A model generated the notes under the pieces. The model searched no databases. It was given only the letters and a program-made list of their open reading frames with translations, and was not told the origin of the DNA. A program made the position numbers and the translations under genes. Below are positions 8,598 to 16,901 of a DNA stretch of 64,000 nt, one piece after another. Numbering within the stretch: position 1 is the first letter of the stretch; each line of letters begins with the position of its first letter. The stretch is taken from the sequence record NC_042013.1; one strand, written 5' to 3'.

Positions 8598-8990
8598 TCA
8601 CCCAAAACGTTTCTTAAGTTCTTCGTAAGTCTTACGATCCGCCTTTTCGCGTTCTTCAGCAGCACGTTCCGCCGCCAGACGTTGTTCCTCGAGTTTCTTG
8701 ATTTTAGCTTCCTGACGGACCAGCTTGATTTTTTCATCCGCAAGGATTTTCATTCGTTCTGCGAAATCCGAAACAGATTTTGCAGCTTCTGCATGTTCAG
8801 GTTGCCAGTTATAATACTTGTCTGGAATACCATCAATGAGAAAATCGAAATCGAATTCGTCGTAACCATCTTTATTTGCACTACGCTTAACGATGTGTTC
8901 GACAACATCGTTTTCATTTTCAAATGCAGCGATATCTTTGATACTGCCATCATCGCCAGTATGAATAACCGTATAAGTATGAATCGTCAT
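8598..8990 (-). CDS. hypothetical protein (paralogue of 8148-8585)
   Basis: C-terminal YEELKKRFG; directly after promoter copy 2. Confidence 0.8.
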   Translation of the reverse strand: MTIHTYTVIHTGDDGSIKDIAAFENENDVVEHIVKRSANKDGYDEFDFDFLIDGIPDKYYNWQPEHAEAAKSVSDFAERMKILADEKIKLVRQEAKIKKLEEQRLAAERAAEEREKADRKTYEELKKRFG

Positions 8991-9007
8991 TATGTTCTCC
9001 TGAAATC

Positions 9008-9049
9008 GTTTCGATAATGGAGTTATACATTATTCAAAAATAATGTCAA
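9008..9049 (-). promoter_or_regulatory. sigma70-like early promoter, conserved motif copy 2
   Basis: TTGACATTATTTTT...TATAAC-N6-ATCGAAAC. Confidence 0.75.
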
Positions 9050-9057
9050 TGAACATT

Positions 9058-9438
9058 TTATATAGCAACACATATTGGGGCAAGTTCGTTATATAATTCT
9101 TTTTCCACGACTATATATAATTTATTTGTATCGGTGAAATATATACATAATTGTCCACCAACGGTGTAATGCATTTTGGCAATCGCTATAAAGAAATCCA
9201 ATACTTCAACCGAGGTTCCGCACGTATCATCAAATCCAAAGTCATAGTTATTATGAACCAAATATTTTTTGATCCATTTAATCTCTATAACTAATTGATC
9301 ATCCCTTAATAAATCAATAACATCCTCGTAGGTGGCATAACGGTGATAATCTGTTCTGCAACTGTTTTCTGGTTGAATTTTTAACATTTGCAAAGTGAAT
9401 TGTGCACGTAGGAACATATCAATAGGGTTAACCAGCAT
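9058..9438 (-). CDS. family B (C-terminal YxEIAPxC) paralogue
   Basis: KELYNELAPIC. Confidence 0.85.
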   Translation of the reverse strand: MLVNPIDMFLRAQFTLQMLKIQPENSCRTDYHRYATYEDVIDLLRDDQLVIEIKWIKKYLVHNNYDFGFDDTCGTSVEVLDFFIAIAKMHYTVGGQLCIYFTDTNKLYIVVEKELYNELAPICVAI

Positions 9439-9798
9439 TCACACCTCCACGCATAGTGGTGCAATCTCATTATATAATTCCCGTGCACATACGAGATACA
9501 TTTTGCGAGAAGACTTTTCGTAAATGAATTTAATTGGGAGATTAGTCATGATAGTTGCAACAAATATTTTGTATAAGAAGTTTTTAACAGGACTGGTTAT
9601 ATCAAACCCCCATCCGTTTTCCTCCCAAGGAACATAGTGTTTATATAAAATGGATAGCTCGATGGCGTTATCTTTGTCCTCTATCGAAAGAAAATCTCCA
9701 AACGTCATATAAGAACCGAGTGGATTGCGTCCAGTATGATTTCTGGCTTGATTATAAGCCTCATACGCTACGAGGAATGGTTGTTTTACAAGTGGCAT
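9439..9798 (-). CDS. family B paralogue
   Basis: RELYNEIAPLC. Confidence 0.85.
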   Translation of the reverse strand: MPLVKQPFLVAYEAYNQARNHTGRNPLGSYMTFGDFLSIEDKDNAIELSILYKHYVPWEENGWGFDITSPVKNFLYKIFVATIMTNLPIKFIYEKSSRKMYLVCARELYNEIAPLCVEV

Positions 9799-10185
9799 CT
9801 ATGTGTTCCAAACTGGTGTAAATTCGTCATAAAGTTCTTTATCCAATACGAAATACATATTATCAAAGCTTTCCATACAGAAAATAATTTCAACCTTCCT
9901 GTTTTTTGCTTTTTTTAACGCAATAGCATATAACCGTGTGAATAAATTAAAAAGAATAAAATAGTCTGCTTCCATAAAATCCACACTACCATTATTCGAG
10001 TGTTTAACAAGTTTACGATTTTTATTAAAGGGTAACTTATATTTGTTATCAGGGACAGCTTGTGGGACTGAAGTTGAAAATATATCTAACCCGTCTGAAT
10101 TATCAACAGCCGCGCACAAATGACTATATGCTCGTCTTGATATAGCAGTAATATCTATTTCGAGTTGTTTATAATTAATTGACAT
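9799..10185 (-). CDS. family B paralogue
   Basis: KELYDEFTPVW. Confidence 0.8.
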   Translation of the reverse strand: MSINYKQLEIDITAISRRAYSHLCAAVDNSDGLDIFSTSVPQAVPDNKYKLPFNKNRKLVKHSNNGSVDFMEADYFILFNLFTRLYAIALKKAKNRKVEIIFCMESFDNMYFVLDKELYDEFTPVWNT

Positions 10186-10547
10186 TATGACGCCTTAAAA
10201 CAAACGGGTGCAACTTCAATATACATTTCCTCATCAAGATAAAAATTAATAACGTTGTTATCAAGCGTTACCATTATGAATGTATTGTTCTTTTTTTCTG
10301 CCGCAATACAAAAAACATCTGAAAAGAAATTCAACAAATTCTCATAGTTTTCACCATACGCCACGCATAGCTGACCCTCCACTGTTTGTAATTCAATAGT
10401 GTTTACCGGTACTTGAATTAGACCGGTTTTAGGAGGACTGTTTTGCGAATGATAAACTTGGAGGACGTGGCCGTAATGCTCTCTTACCAAAAAGTAGGCA
10501 TCTTGTGAAACCATCAATGGATCGCAAAAATCTTGTGTGTTTAGCAT
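10185..10547 (-). CDS. family B paralogue
   Basis: EEMYIEVAPVC. Confidence 0.85.
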   Translation of the reverse strand: MLNTQDFCDPLMVSQDAYFLVREHYGHVLQVYHSQNSPPKTGLIQVPVNTIELQTVEGQLCVAYGENYENLLNFFSDVFCIAAEKKNNTFIMVTLDNNVINFYLDEEMYIEVAPVCFKAS

Positions 10548-10879
10548 ACGGGAGCAATTTCGTCATATAGAGGTTTTTCACAAGAAAAATACATATTAAA
10601 TTCTCCATTATATAAAAATGTTAATGTATCCCGTCGATCATATACCAAATTAAATATCTTGTCAAAGAACATATATGCGCAGTGTTGATCCTCTATAGCA
10701 ACACCGTACTTAAGAATGTTATCATAACGCTGACTGGTTATTTTGAAATGTTTAATCGGAATAACGTTTTTATTATTAACGTACCGTTCAAATTTAACGT
10801 GTGATTGTAGGCCCAATGACAACCGAATATCATTGTTCAAAAACGTCGCAATAGTCATTACGTCCACAAAGTATTGCAT
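10541..10879 (-). CDS. family B paralogue
   Basis: KPLYDEIAPVC. Confidence 0.85.
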   Translation of the reverse strand: MQYFVDVMTIATFLNNDIRLSLGLQSHVKFERYVNNKNVIPIKHFKITSQRYDNILKYGVAIEDQHCAYMFFDKIFNLVYDRRDTLTFLYNGEFNMYFSCEKPLYDEIAPVC

Positions 10880-11232
10880 ACCGGTGCTATCTCCTCATAC
10901 ATTTCTTTAGAACAGCAAAAATACATATCATAATCTTTTGTCATAACGAACTCTATAGCGTCATTATTCATGTATGCCAGCATGTAAATTTTGGAAAAGA
11001 ATTCATATACCTCCATTTGGTGTTCACGTGGAACAGAACGATCTCTGACAAAATCATTCAGCACTATTGTACGTGTTGAATCGTCTAATGTGATTTTATC
11101 AATAGGGACAACACATTCAAATTTATCCGTAATAATATCATTGTGAGTTACCAATGAATAATCAATAGGTAAATGCGCGATGTATTGGTCGTTGATATGA
11201 TTTGATATATAGAACGGACTTAAATTAGACAC
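10858..11232 (-). CDS. family B paralogue
   Basis: KEMYEEIAPVC. Confidence 0.85.
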   Translation of the reverse strand: MSNLSPFYISNHINDQYIAHLPIDYSLVTHNDIITDKFECVVPIDKITLDDSTRTIVLNDFVRDRSVPREHQMEVYEFFSKIYMLAYMNNDAIEFVMTKDYDMYFCCSKEMYEEIAPVCNTLWT

Positions 11233-11567
11233 GGAGCTATCTCCTCATACATTTTAGGCGAACATCCAAAAAATGCCTCGTGTTCATCTGTTACTAAAAA
11301 TGTGATAGGGTCTTTAAGTTGATAAACGATATTGTATACGTTTGAAAAAAATGATAAAACGAATTCAAAATCATTCCCATCAAATCCTAATTTTTTATTA
11401 CCACCATCAACATAATACGTTATTAATGGTAAATGTTTAATTTGGACAACTCCATATGCGTGTACCGGTAACCCGTTTTTATGATTCACATAATCGGTAT
11501 TATGTTTTTTAACGAACGTCTCATTCACCAGCCTAGATGCCGTAAAAATATTCACATGCATAGACAC
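11220..11567 (-). CDS. family B paralogue
   Basis: PKMYEEIAPCL. Confidence 0.85.
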   Translation of the reverse strand: MSMHVNIFTASRLVNETFVKKHNTDYVNHKNGLPVHAYGVVQIKHLPLITYYVDGGNKKLGFDGNDFEFVLSFFSNVYNIVYQLKDPITFLVTDEHEAFFGCSPKMYEEIAPCLI

Positions 11568-11890
11568 GGCGCTATCTCCTCATACATTTTATCTGAACAT
11601 TCAATCCCTATTTGAAAATCAGGTGTGATTATCAAATACATAACACAACCCTTATCATATAACAATGTATATATTTTGGTTAATAAGTTTATAACGGAAT
11701 TTTCATCATCATAAGGCACACCTGTATCTCCCCATTTGCTTGTGACAATAGGTATATACCGAGTAATATCAATATAATTATCATGACGCATCTGTCTTGT
11801 TTCTTTACAAGAAACTCGTCGGGGAGAATTAAATTTTAACGAGACGGAATGCTCTACATAATCGGAAATGTGTTTAGGATGAATAGCCAT
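11552..11890 (-). CDS. family B paralogue
   Basis: DKMYEEIAPCLC. Confidence 0.85.
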   Translation of the reverse strand: MAIHPKHISDYVEHSVSLKFNSPRRVSCKETRQMRHDNYIDITRYIPIVTSKWGDTGVPYDDENSVINLLTKIYTLLYDKGCVMYLIITPDFQIGIECSDKMYEEIAPCLCM

Positions 11891-12225
11891 TAATTTACCT
11901 CACATAGTGGTGCAATCTCGCTATACATAAAATCAGAACACATAAAATATTCGTCACCATCTTCCAGAGATATGAAATATATCTTTTCGCGATTTTCGTA
12001 TGCAAGCGTATAGATGGTATTAAAAAACGCCGCGATTAAAGGACATTTGATGAGGTTCAAACATCCTTTATCTGAACCAACCTTAATGATATTTTTTGGT
12101 TTTCTTGGAATGTTGGTTGTATTCACAACATAATCGAAACGCTCACGTACGACTTTCTTGTACTTTACAAGATATGCAGCGTGAATAGATATAGTAAAAA
12201 ATGATACTTTAGGTGAGGCCATCAC
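11890..12225 (-). CDS. family B paralogue
   Basis: DFMYSEIAPLC. Confidence 0.85.
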   Translation of the reverse strand: MMASPKVSFFTISIHAAYLVKYKKVVRERFDYVVNTTNIPRKPKNIIKVGSDKGCLNLIKCPLIAAFFNTIYTLAYENREKIYFISLEDGDEYFMCSDFMYSEIAPLCEVN

Positions 12226-12614
12226 AAATATTTCTGAAGTTCGGCCTTGGCGTTATCATATTTCAATGATGCACTAACAGCCTCTCGCAATGCCGCATTC
12301 ATATCATTTTTTGCTTTGTCAACAGTAGTCTGGACACGAAAACGATGTGCCGCATTAACTGGATCAGCATCAAGGAGAACACTCATCGGCAAAACAACTT
12401 TACGGCTTTGAGAGCAGCAACGAACCTCGTAAATCATATTGATTGTCAGTTCACCACGATATTCATTAATGGAAACAATCTCGTCATCAATCGAACCTTG
12501 ACCTGAAGCTTTTGCAATAGGATTAATGAATTCACGAAACGCATAAACAGGTGGGCGCTTGCGAGTATCGACTTCATTAATCGCGTCTTCAATCAATGCC
12601 TTAACGTCCATCAT
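12222..12614 (-). CDS. hypothetical protein
   Basis: 130-aa ORF, GGAG RBS, operon-coupled. Confidence 0.75.
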   Translation of the reverse strand: MMDVKALIEDAINEVDTRKRPPVYAFREFINPIAKASGQGSIDDEIVSINEYRGELTINMIYEVRCCSQSRKVVLPMSVLLDADPVNAAHRFRVQTTVDKAKNDMNAALREAVSASLKYDNAKAELQKYL

Positions 12615-12622
12615 AGTTCTCC

Positions 12623-12940
12623 TTACTTTCCGATATTAGGTGGGTAATAAACACTTCGATATTGATAGGACGTTGTAGTACCCAACACCTCAGTTGTCAA
12701 TGTTGATGATTCGGACAGGGAAATATAAACAACTTTCACCGCGTCCTTATCAATTTTACATTCCAATTTATAATTGCGATTTGACAAATTATAAATGTCA
12801 CAAATTCCCTCAACCAACAGTGAGACGGAACCAAGACGATCATTATGAACCATGTATCGTCCGATTTCCATTTTATCGCCCGCTACTGCTGTTGTCGAAA
12901 ACGCCAGCAAACAACCAATAGCAATCAGTGACTTACGCAT
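12623..12940 (-). CDS. exported hypothetical protein
   Basis: start refined to MRKSLIAIGCLLAFSTTAVA (signal-peptide-like, AVA cleavage motif). Confidence 0.7.
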   Translation of the reverse strand: MRKSLIAIGCLLAFSTTAVAGDKMEIGRYMVHNDRLGSVSLLVEGICDIYNLSNRNYKLECKIDKDAVKVVYISLSESSTLTTEVLGTTTSYQYRSVYYPPNIGK

Positions 12941-13003
12941 TAAAAATCCTTCCACTAAAATCAATTAATGGAAGGATATCATGTTTTCAAAAATAGTCAA
13001 TTA

Positions 13004-13327
13004 CTATTCATCCTCGTCTCTTAGAAGAACGTCCCCTACTGTTTCCCAACGATCTTCATCATAATTCCAATGACGTTTATCATAAATCTGAAGGAATAGT
13101 GTGTAACCAAAAAGGGAAATATTCAATGATGGGCCAGCATGATCTTGGCGATGGAAATGAATATCCAAATCAAAGTCAAACAAATCATAAGCTGCAAAAC
13201 GGTCGAGTTGAATATTGTAGGCTTTATTTTCTGTTAAAAGGTTTTCACGATGAAAATAAGGAACCGTGATATAATCCCCTTGTGGATCATAAAAAGGGTT
13301 TGGGAGGGAGAACCGTAATTTAAACAT
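13004..13327 (-). CDS. hypothetical protein
   Basis: 107-aa ORF just downstream of tRNA-His. Confidence 0.75.
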   Translation of the reverse strand: MFKLRFSLPNPFYDPQGDYITVPYFHRENLLTENKAYNIQLDRFAAYDLFDFDLDIHFHRQDHAGPSLNISLFGYTLFLQIYDKRHWNYDEDRWETVGDVLLRDEDE

Positions 13328-13349
13328 TTTTTGATACCTTCATAACAAA

Positions 13350-13424
13350 TGGTACTTGGACGGGGAATTGAACCACGATCTCCGGTGCCACAAACCAGCG
13401 TACTAACCATTGTACGATCCAAGC
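13350..13424 (-). tRNA. tRNA-His(GUG), no G-1, A73 discriminator
   Basis: GCTTGGA/TCCAAGT acceptor, loop TT-GTG-GC, base -1 is T, ends ACCA. Confidence 0.92.
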
Positions 13425-13450
13425 ATATGTTATGAATATAGCAAAACTAT

Positions 13451-13714
13451 TTATACGTTGTCAACAAATTTAATCTTAACAACTTCTAAATATTTTTCCG
13501 GCGATGTTTCAAACTTTCGCAATGCGTCGAGATTGTTATTATTGTAAGGGAGACTTTCTACATCGCATACGTGATCGTGCACGTCACCATTCCAAAGATT
13601 TTCAAGATTTTTTGGTGGAGATGCCCACGTGGAACCAGCATCCTCTACAACTTTAGAATGACCCGGCGTGCGAACAATCCACTTATTAGTACCTACAAGA
13701 CGAATGCCAAACAT
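13451..13714 (-). CDS. hypothetical protein
   Basis: 87-aa ORF between tRNA-Ser and tRNA-His. Confidence 0.6.
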   Translation of the reverse strand: MFGIRLVGTNKWIVRTPGHSKVVEDAGSTWASPPKNLENLWNGDVHDHVCDVESLPYNNNNLDALRKFETSPEKYLEVVKIKFVDNV

Positions 13715-13747
13715 TTGAAAGGTTCCTTATGAATGTTGTACTCATGA

Positions 13748-13776
13748 AAAAAGGATAGGTTTTACCCTATCCTTTT
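13748..13776 (-). terminator. intrinsic terminator after tRNA-Ser
   Basis: AAAAAAGGATAGG/CCCTATCCTTTT hairpin with T-tracts. Confidence 0.7.
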
Positions 13777-13787
13777 AACTACCCCTG

Positions 13788-13879
13788 TGGAGGATGGGGT
13801 GGGATTCGAACCCACGGTACGCTCTCACGCACGCTAGTTTTCAAGACTAGTTCCATAAACCGGACTCGGACACCCATCC
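13788..13879 (-). tRNA. tRNA-Ser(UGA)
   Basis: cloverleaf with long variable arm, loop CT-TGA-AA, encoded CCA. Confidence 0.95.
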
Positions 13880-13904
13880 ATGATAACAACAAGGATGAGG
13901 ATTG

Positions 13905-14023
13905 CTTGAGTGGCAGGGCTCGAACCTGCGACATTCTGATTACTTTTAGAGGCTTCAGAATCGAACTGAATAGTTACCTTTGCCTCTTACAGTCAGACGC
14001 TCTACCAACTGAGCTACACCCAA
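13905..14023 (-). tRNA. interrupted tRNA, Asn-type body, 46-nt insertion in the anticodon loop
   Basis: TTGGGTG/CACTCAA acceptor, perfect D arm, TCTGA/TCAGA anticodon stem, ATGTC variable loop, GCAGG-TTCGAGC-CCTGC T arm; removing 13988-13943 gives loop CT-GTT-AA; no CCA. Confidence 0.85.
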
Positions 14024-14050
14024 ACAATCCGCATCGCTTATTGTTTGTAT

Positions 14051-14079
14051 AATATACATTGTTATTTATCTGGCGTCAA
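14051..14079 (-). promoter_or_regulatory. sigma70-like promoter (with overlapping TAAATA) for the interrupted tRNA-Asn
   Basis: TTGACG-17 nt-TATATT; TAAATA at 14063-14068. Confidence 0.7.
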
Positions 14080-14101
14080 CATTTAAATTTATTAAAAGGA
14101 C

Positions 14102-14130
14102 AAAAAAATACCCCCTGACGGGGTATTTTT
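14102..14130. terminator. bidirectional intrinsic terminator
   Basis: AAAAAATACCCC-CTGAC-GGGGTATTTTT. Confidence 0.7.
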
Positions 14131-14292
14131 ATTAGATTGGTGTGTTAAGGAATGTGCAATCTCTATCATTAACGAGGATATCCATTAGTGTTTGTGCCGT
14201 TGATGATAATGGTTGTGTTATTCTTATAGTTTGATTTTGGTAAAGATGTTTACCATTACCTATAAGGGTATTTACGAAAAAATGCCTATTTT

Positions 14293-14616
14293 TCAAACAA
14301 TTGCAAAACGAATGCGATTAGATGTGTTAAGAATCTTAACATAATTCATACAAAATATTTTTTTATCAGTTGCTACCAGTATTTCCATAAAACCGGTAAT
14401 CACGTCATCAATTTTAGAAACGGACCTTGACACAACATAATAAGGATTATCCTCAAACACAAACGTTGGCACGGATACAGAATAAACGCGGTCTATATAT
14501 TTCTCTTGAATAATCTTTTCAAAATTTTTAACGACACCGATTTCTAGTTCGGACAGTTCATCGGATACAATTGAATATGTGTTGCAAAACATCTCAAGAT
14601 TAAATGGCTTGATCAT
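14293..14616 (-). CDS. family C (PF..NFEKI.QEKY.DR) paralogue
   Basis: MIKPFN...VKNFEKIIQEKYIDRVY. Confidence 0.85.
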   Translation of the reverse strand: MIKPFNLEMFCNTYSIVSDELSELEIGVVKNFEKIIQEKYIDRVYSVSVPTFVFEDNPYYVVSRSVSKIDDVITGFMEILVATDKKIFCMNYVKILNTSNRIRFAIV

Positions 14617-14941
14617 GTAAATTCCCTATATAATGAAAAAACGCATACGACCCAAAAACTCTTTCATACTTATACATGTATAATTTTTTATCGGTAGTGA
14701 TCATAATTTCCAAGCTATTTGTAATTACCATCATTATATCAGGGACGGACGTTGCTTTGAAATTTAGTGATGAGTATATACCTACATTAGCTTCTAATAA
14801 ACTAAAAATTCGATCAGAATATTTTTCTTGAACGATTTGTTCAAAGTTTCTTAAAATATCAATATCTTTTTCTAAGAATTTATCAACATTCCGATAGGGA
14901 ATATTAAAAAATTTTGCCGCGCAAAATGGGCCTATCTTCAT
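14600..14941 (-). CDS. family C paralogue
   Basis: LRNFEQIVQEKYSDRIF. Confidence 0.85.
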   Translation of the reverse strand: MKIGPFCAAKFFNIPYRNVDKFLEKDIDILRNFEQIVQEKYSDRIFSLLEANVGIYSSLNFKATSVPDIMMVITNSLEIMITTDKKLYMYKYERVFGSYAFFHYIGNLHDQAI

Positions 14942-15291
14942 AATGGTTTCTCCGCAAATCGGATGAATGGCTGTGTTGAAATACCAATACGAAAATCATA
15001 TAAAAATAAAACAACGTCAGATGTTACCATTTTTTCCATGATCCATAAAATAGCAGCATCGACATCTGGAACGTATGTTGCTAACCATTTAATCTCGATG
15101 TCTCTATTTGCTTTCACCCTATCCACAGTGAATATACGATGATCATACTTTTCACGAATTATTTTCTCTAAATTTTTTAGTTTTGCTTTTTCCGCAGACG
15201 TGAAATTAGGATATGGAATTTTTAACATAGGTTTTTTGGATGGTTTATCATCCTCGCCAATGAATACTTTAAAATCAAATCTGCTAATCAT
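14938..15291 (-). CDS. family C paralogue
   Basis: LKNLEKIIREKYDHRIF. Confidence 0.85.
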   Translation of the reverse strand: MISRFDFKVFIGEDDKPSKKPMLKIPYPNFTSAEKAKLKNLEKIIREKYDHRIFTVDRVKANRDIEIKWLATYVPDVDAAILWIMEKMVTSDVVLFLYDFRIGISTQPFIRFAEKPL

Positions 15292-15623
15292 ACTATCATA
15301 TACCTAAAAATTTTCCTGCCAAACAAATTTTCGAATCGAGAGAGATATATCCAACTATCAGTTGATACCATAACGTTCATAATAAAAACAATCATCGTTT
15401 CTGCATCTGGAATTGTTCGACCAGTAAATGGGACTTCTATGCCACCAATATCCAACGCCAACGTATATTCAGGTATCACCCAAACACGATGTGCATATTT
15501 TTCTTGGACAATCTTTTCAAAATTTTTGAGAACACCAAAATCCTCCAAAGAGCATTCTCGCTTTATCCCTGTATATTCATCATCTATCTTTATGAAATCG
15601 TGTACGTTAAATGTTACTAACAT
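15288..15623 (-). CDS. family C paralogue
   Basis: LKNFEKIVQEKYAHRVW. Confidence 0.85.
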   Translation of the reverse strand: MLVTFNVHDFIKIDDEYTGIKRECSLEDFGVLKNFEKIVQEKYAHRVWVIPEYTLALDIGGIEVPFTGRTIPDAETMIVFIMNVMVSTDSWIYLSRFENLFGRKIFRYMIV

Positions 15624-15625
15624 TA

Positions 15626-16003
15626 TTATACTGCCTTATATCTCAATATTCTCTCGTTACTTAACGTTTCGGCAAATTGATAGAATACTAATGTACTGGA
15701 GGTTTCTACAATCTCTTGTATAAAAAGTCCAACATACTGACTACACAAATATGGACCACCGAGGGAAAGTAAATCGAAACTGTTTGCATATATATCAATT
15801 TCATAATCTTTCCCATCATAGATAAATGTTGGAGTCAATGTAGAAAAAACTCGATCTGAATACTTTTCATCTACTATTTTTTCAAAATTTTTCAATACAG
15901 CGACTTCATCGTCACTTAATCTATTCTCGAGACTAAAATTATTCAAGAGACTCCTGTCACCTGAACAATCTAACAATAAGGTAATATTAAATGGGACTAA
16001 CAT
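15626..16003 (-). CDS. family C paralogue
   Basis: LKNFEKIVDEKYSDRVF. Confidence 0.85.
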   Translation of the reverse strand: MLVPFNITLLLDCSGDRSLLNNFSLENRLSDDEVAVLKNFEKIVDEKYSDRVFSTLTPTFIYDGKDYEIDIYANSFDLLSLGGPYLCSQYVGLFIQEIVETSSTLVFYQFAETLSNERILRYKAV

Positions 16004-16004
16004 C

Positions 16005-16334
16005 TCAAACCACCGTATGTTTTAGGATTCTATATCCTTGTGGCGTAATAGCATATTGCAACAAGAATATTTTTTTCTTGGTACAAATAAGGGTTTCCAT
16101 GAATTTAGGAATCAAATATATAAGTGCAGGAGATGCTTTTAATCCGGTAAAATAAACATCGTCATTTAGAATAAACTCATTGGATGTTAGGGAAAAAACT
16201 CTATCTTCATATTTTTCTTGAACGATCTTTTCAAAGTTTTTTAAAAGACCATATTCGTACGGTATTACGCCAACAGAGGTTGTCGACGTTATCGTTTTAT
16301 CTACAAACATTTCCGCACTAAATGGAACTATCAT
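16005..16334 (-). CDS. family C paralogue
   Basis: LKNFEKIVQEKYEDRVF. Confidence 0.85.
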   Translation of the reverse strand: MIVPFSAEMFVDKTITSTTSVGVIPYEYGLLKNFEKIVQEKYEDRVFSLTSNEFILNDDVYFTGLKASPALIYLIPKFMETLICTKKKIFLLQYAITPQGYRILKHTVV

Positions 16335-16516
16335 TACATCATAATCAAAAGAAGAAGAAAATATACAAACAAACCAGCCATTGCACCAATAAATCCAGTC
16401 ATAATTGAAGTTGACGGAATAGCGTCAGTTTGATTCTTAATGTAAGGCCACATTCCATAAAGATAACCGATAATTCCACCACAAATAATAAACGGGATAA
16501 AAGCAAAAATAGTCAT
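16334..16516 (-). CDS. small membrane protein (2 TM)
   Basis: start refined to MTIFAFIPF; two hydrophobic glycine-rich helices. Confidence 0.65.
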   Translation of the reverse strand: MTIFAFIPFIICGGIIGYLYGMWPYIKNQTDAIPSTSIMTGFIGAMAGLFVYFLLLLIMM

Positions 16517-16518
16517 GA

Positions 16519-16713
16519 TTAATATCCTAACACAAACATAATAATAGCAATGATAATTCCAGCAGGGATATAACCAAATATCGTTATTAGCGGTATAGCG
16601 CCCCGTGTGGTGCTTGTCGAGGATGTGATGGCCCATAGTGACACCCCAAAGGCTGCGCCGTATCCTGCCCCCGTTAAAGCGTATTGAAGTAAGCTTAGAA
16701 ACGTATCAATCAT
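16519..16713 (-). CDS. small membrane protein (2 TM)
   Basis: start refined to MIDTFLSLL; two hydrophobic segments. Confidence 0.65.
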   Translation of the reverse strand: MIDTFLSLLQYALTGAGYGAAFGVSLWAITSSTSTTRGAIPLITIFGYIPAGIIIAIIMFVLGY

Positions 16714-16849
16714 TATTTTCAGTCTCCGCAACTTCCTTCTTTAATTCTTTCTTAAGGATAGCACGAACAGGTGTTCCATCCTTCTTATGATAGGTGGAAC
16801 TGCTATGAGAACCGTCATTAATCTTTCGATAAAGAGCGTCTTCAGACAT
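16706..16849 (-). CDS. hypothetical 47-aa protein
   Basis: read manually: MSEDALYRKINDGSHSSSTYHKK...; GGAGG RBS. Confidence 0.65.
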   Translation of the reverse strand: MSEDALYRKINDGSHSSSTYHKKDGTPVRAILKKELKKEVAETENND

Positions 16850-16901
16850 GTTTACCTCCATTCATTGTTAATGGATAATTATAACATACCAACGATCTAT
16901 G

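Noticed and set aside
13614-13650. tmRNA/tRNA-Ala-like 3' end (GCATCTCCACCA) on the minus strand
   Set aside because: T-arm pairing is poor, no matching 5' acceptor strand or tag frame was found, and it lies inside an 87-aa ORF.
13941-13986. Calling 13905-14023 a tRNA-Tyr(GUA) with a canonical 37/38 eukaryote/archaea-type intron (C32 can pair with the G three bases before the 3' junction)
   Set aside because: The body has a short variable loop, U1-A72 and G73, which are Asn rather than bacterial Tyr determinants, and a normal tRNA-Tyr exists at 28065-28146. Disfavoured, not excluded.
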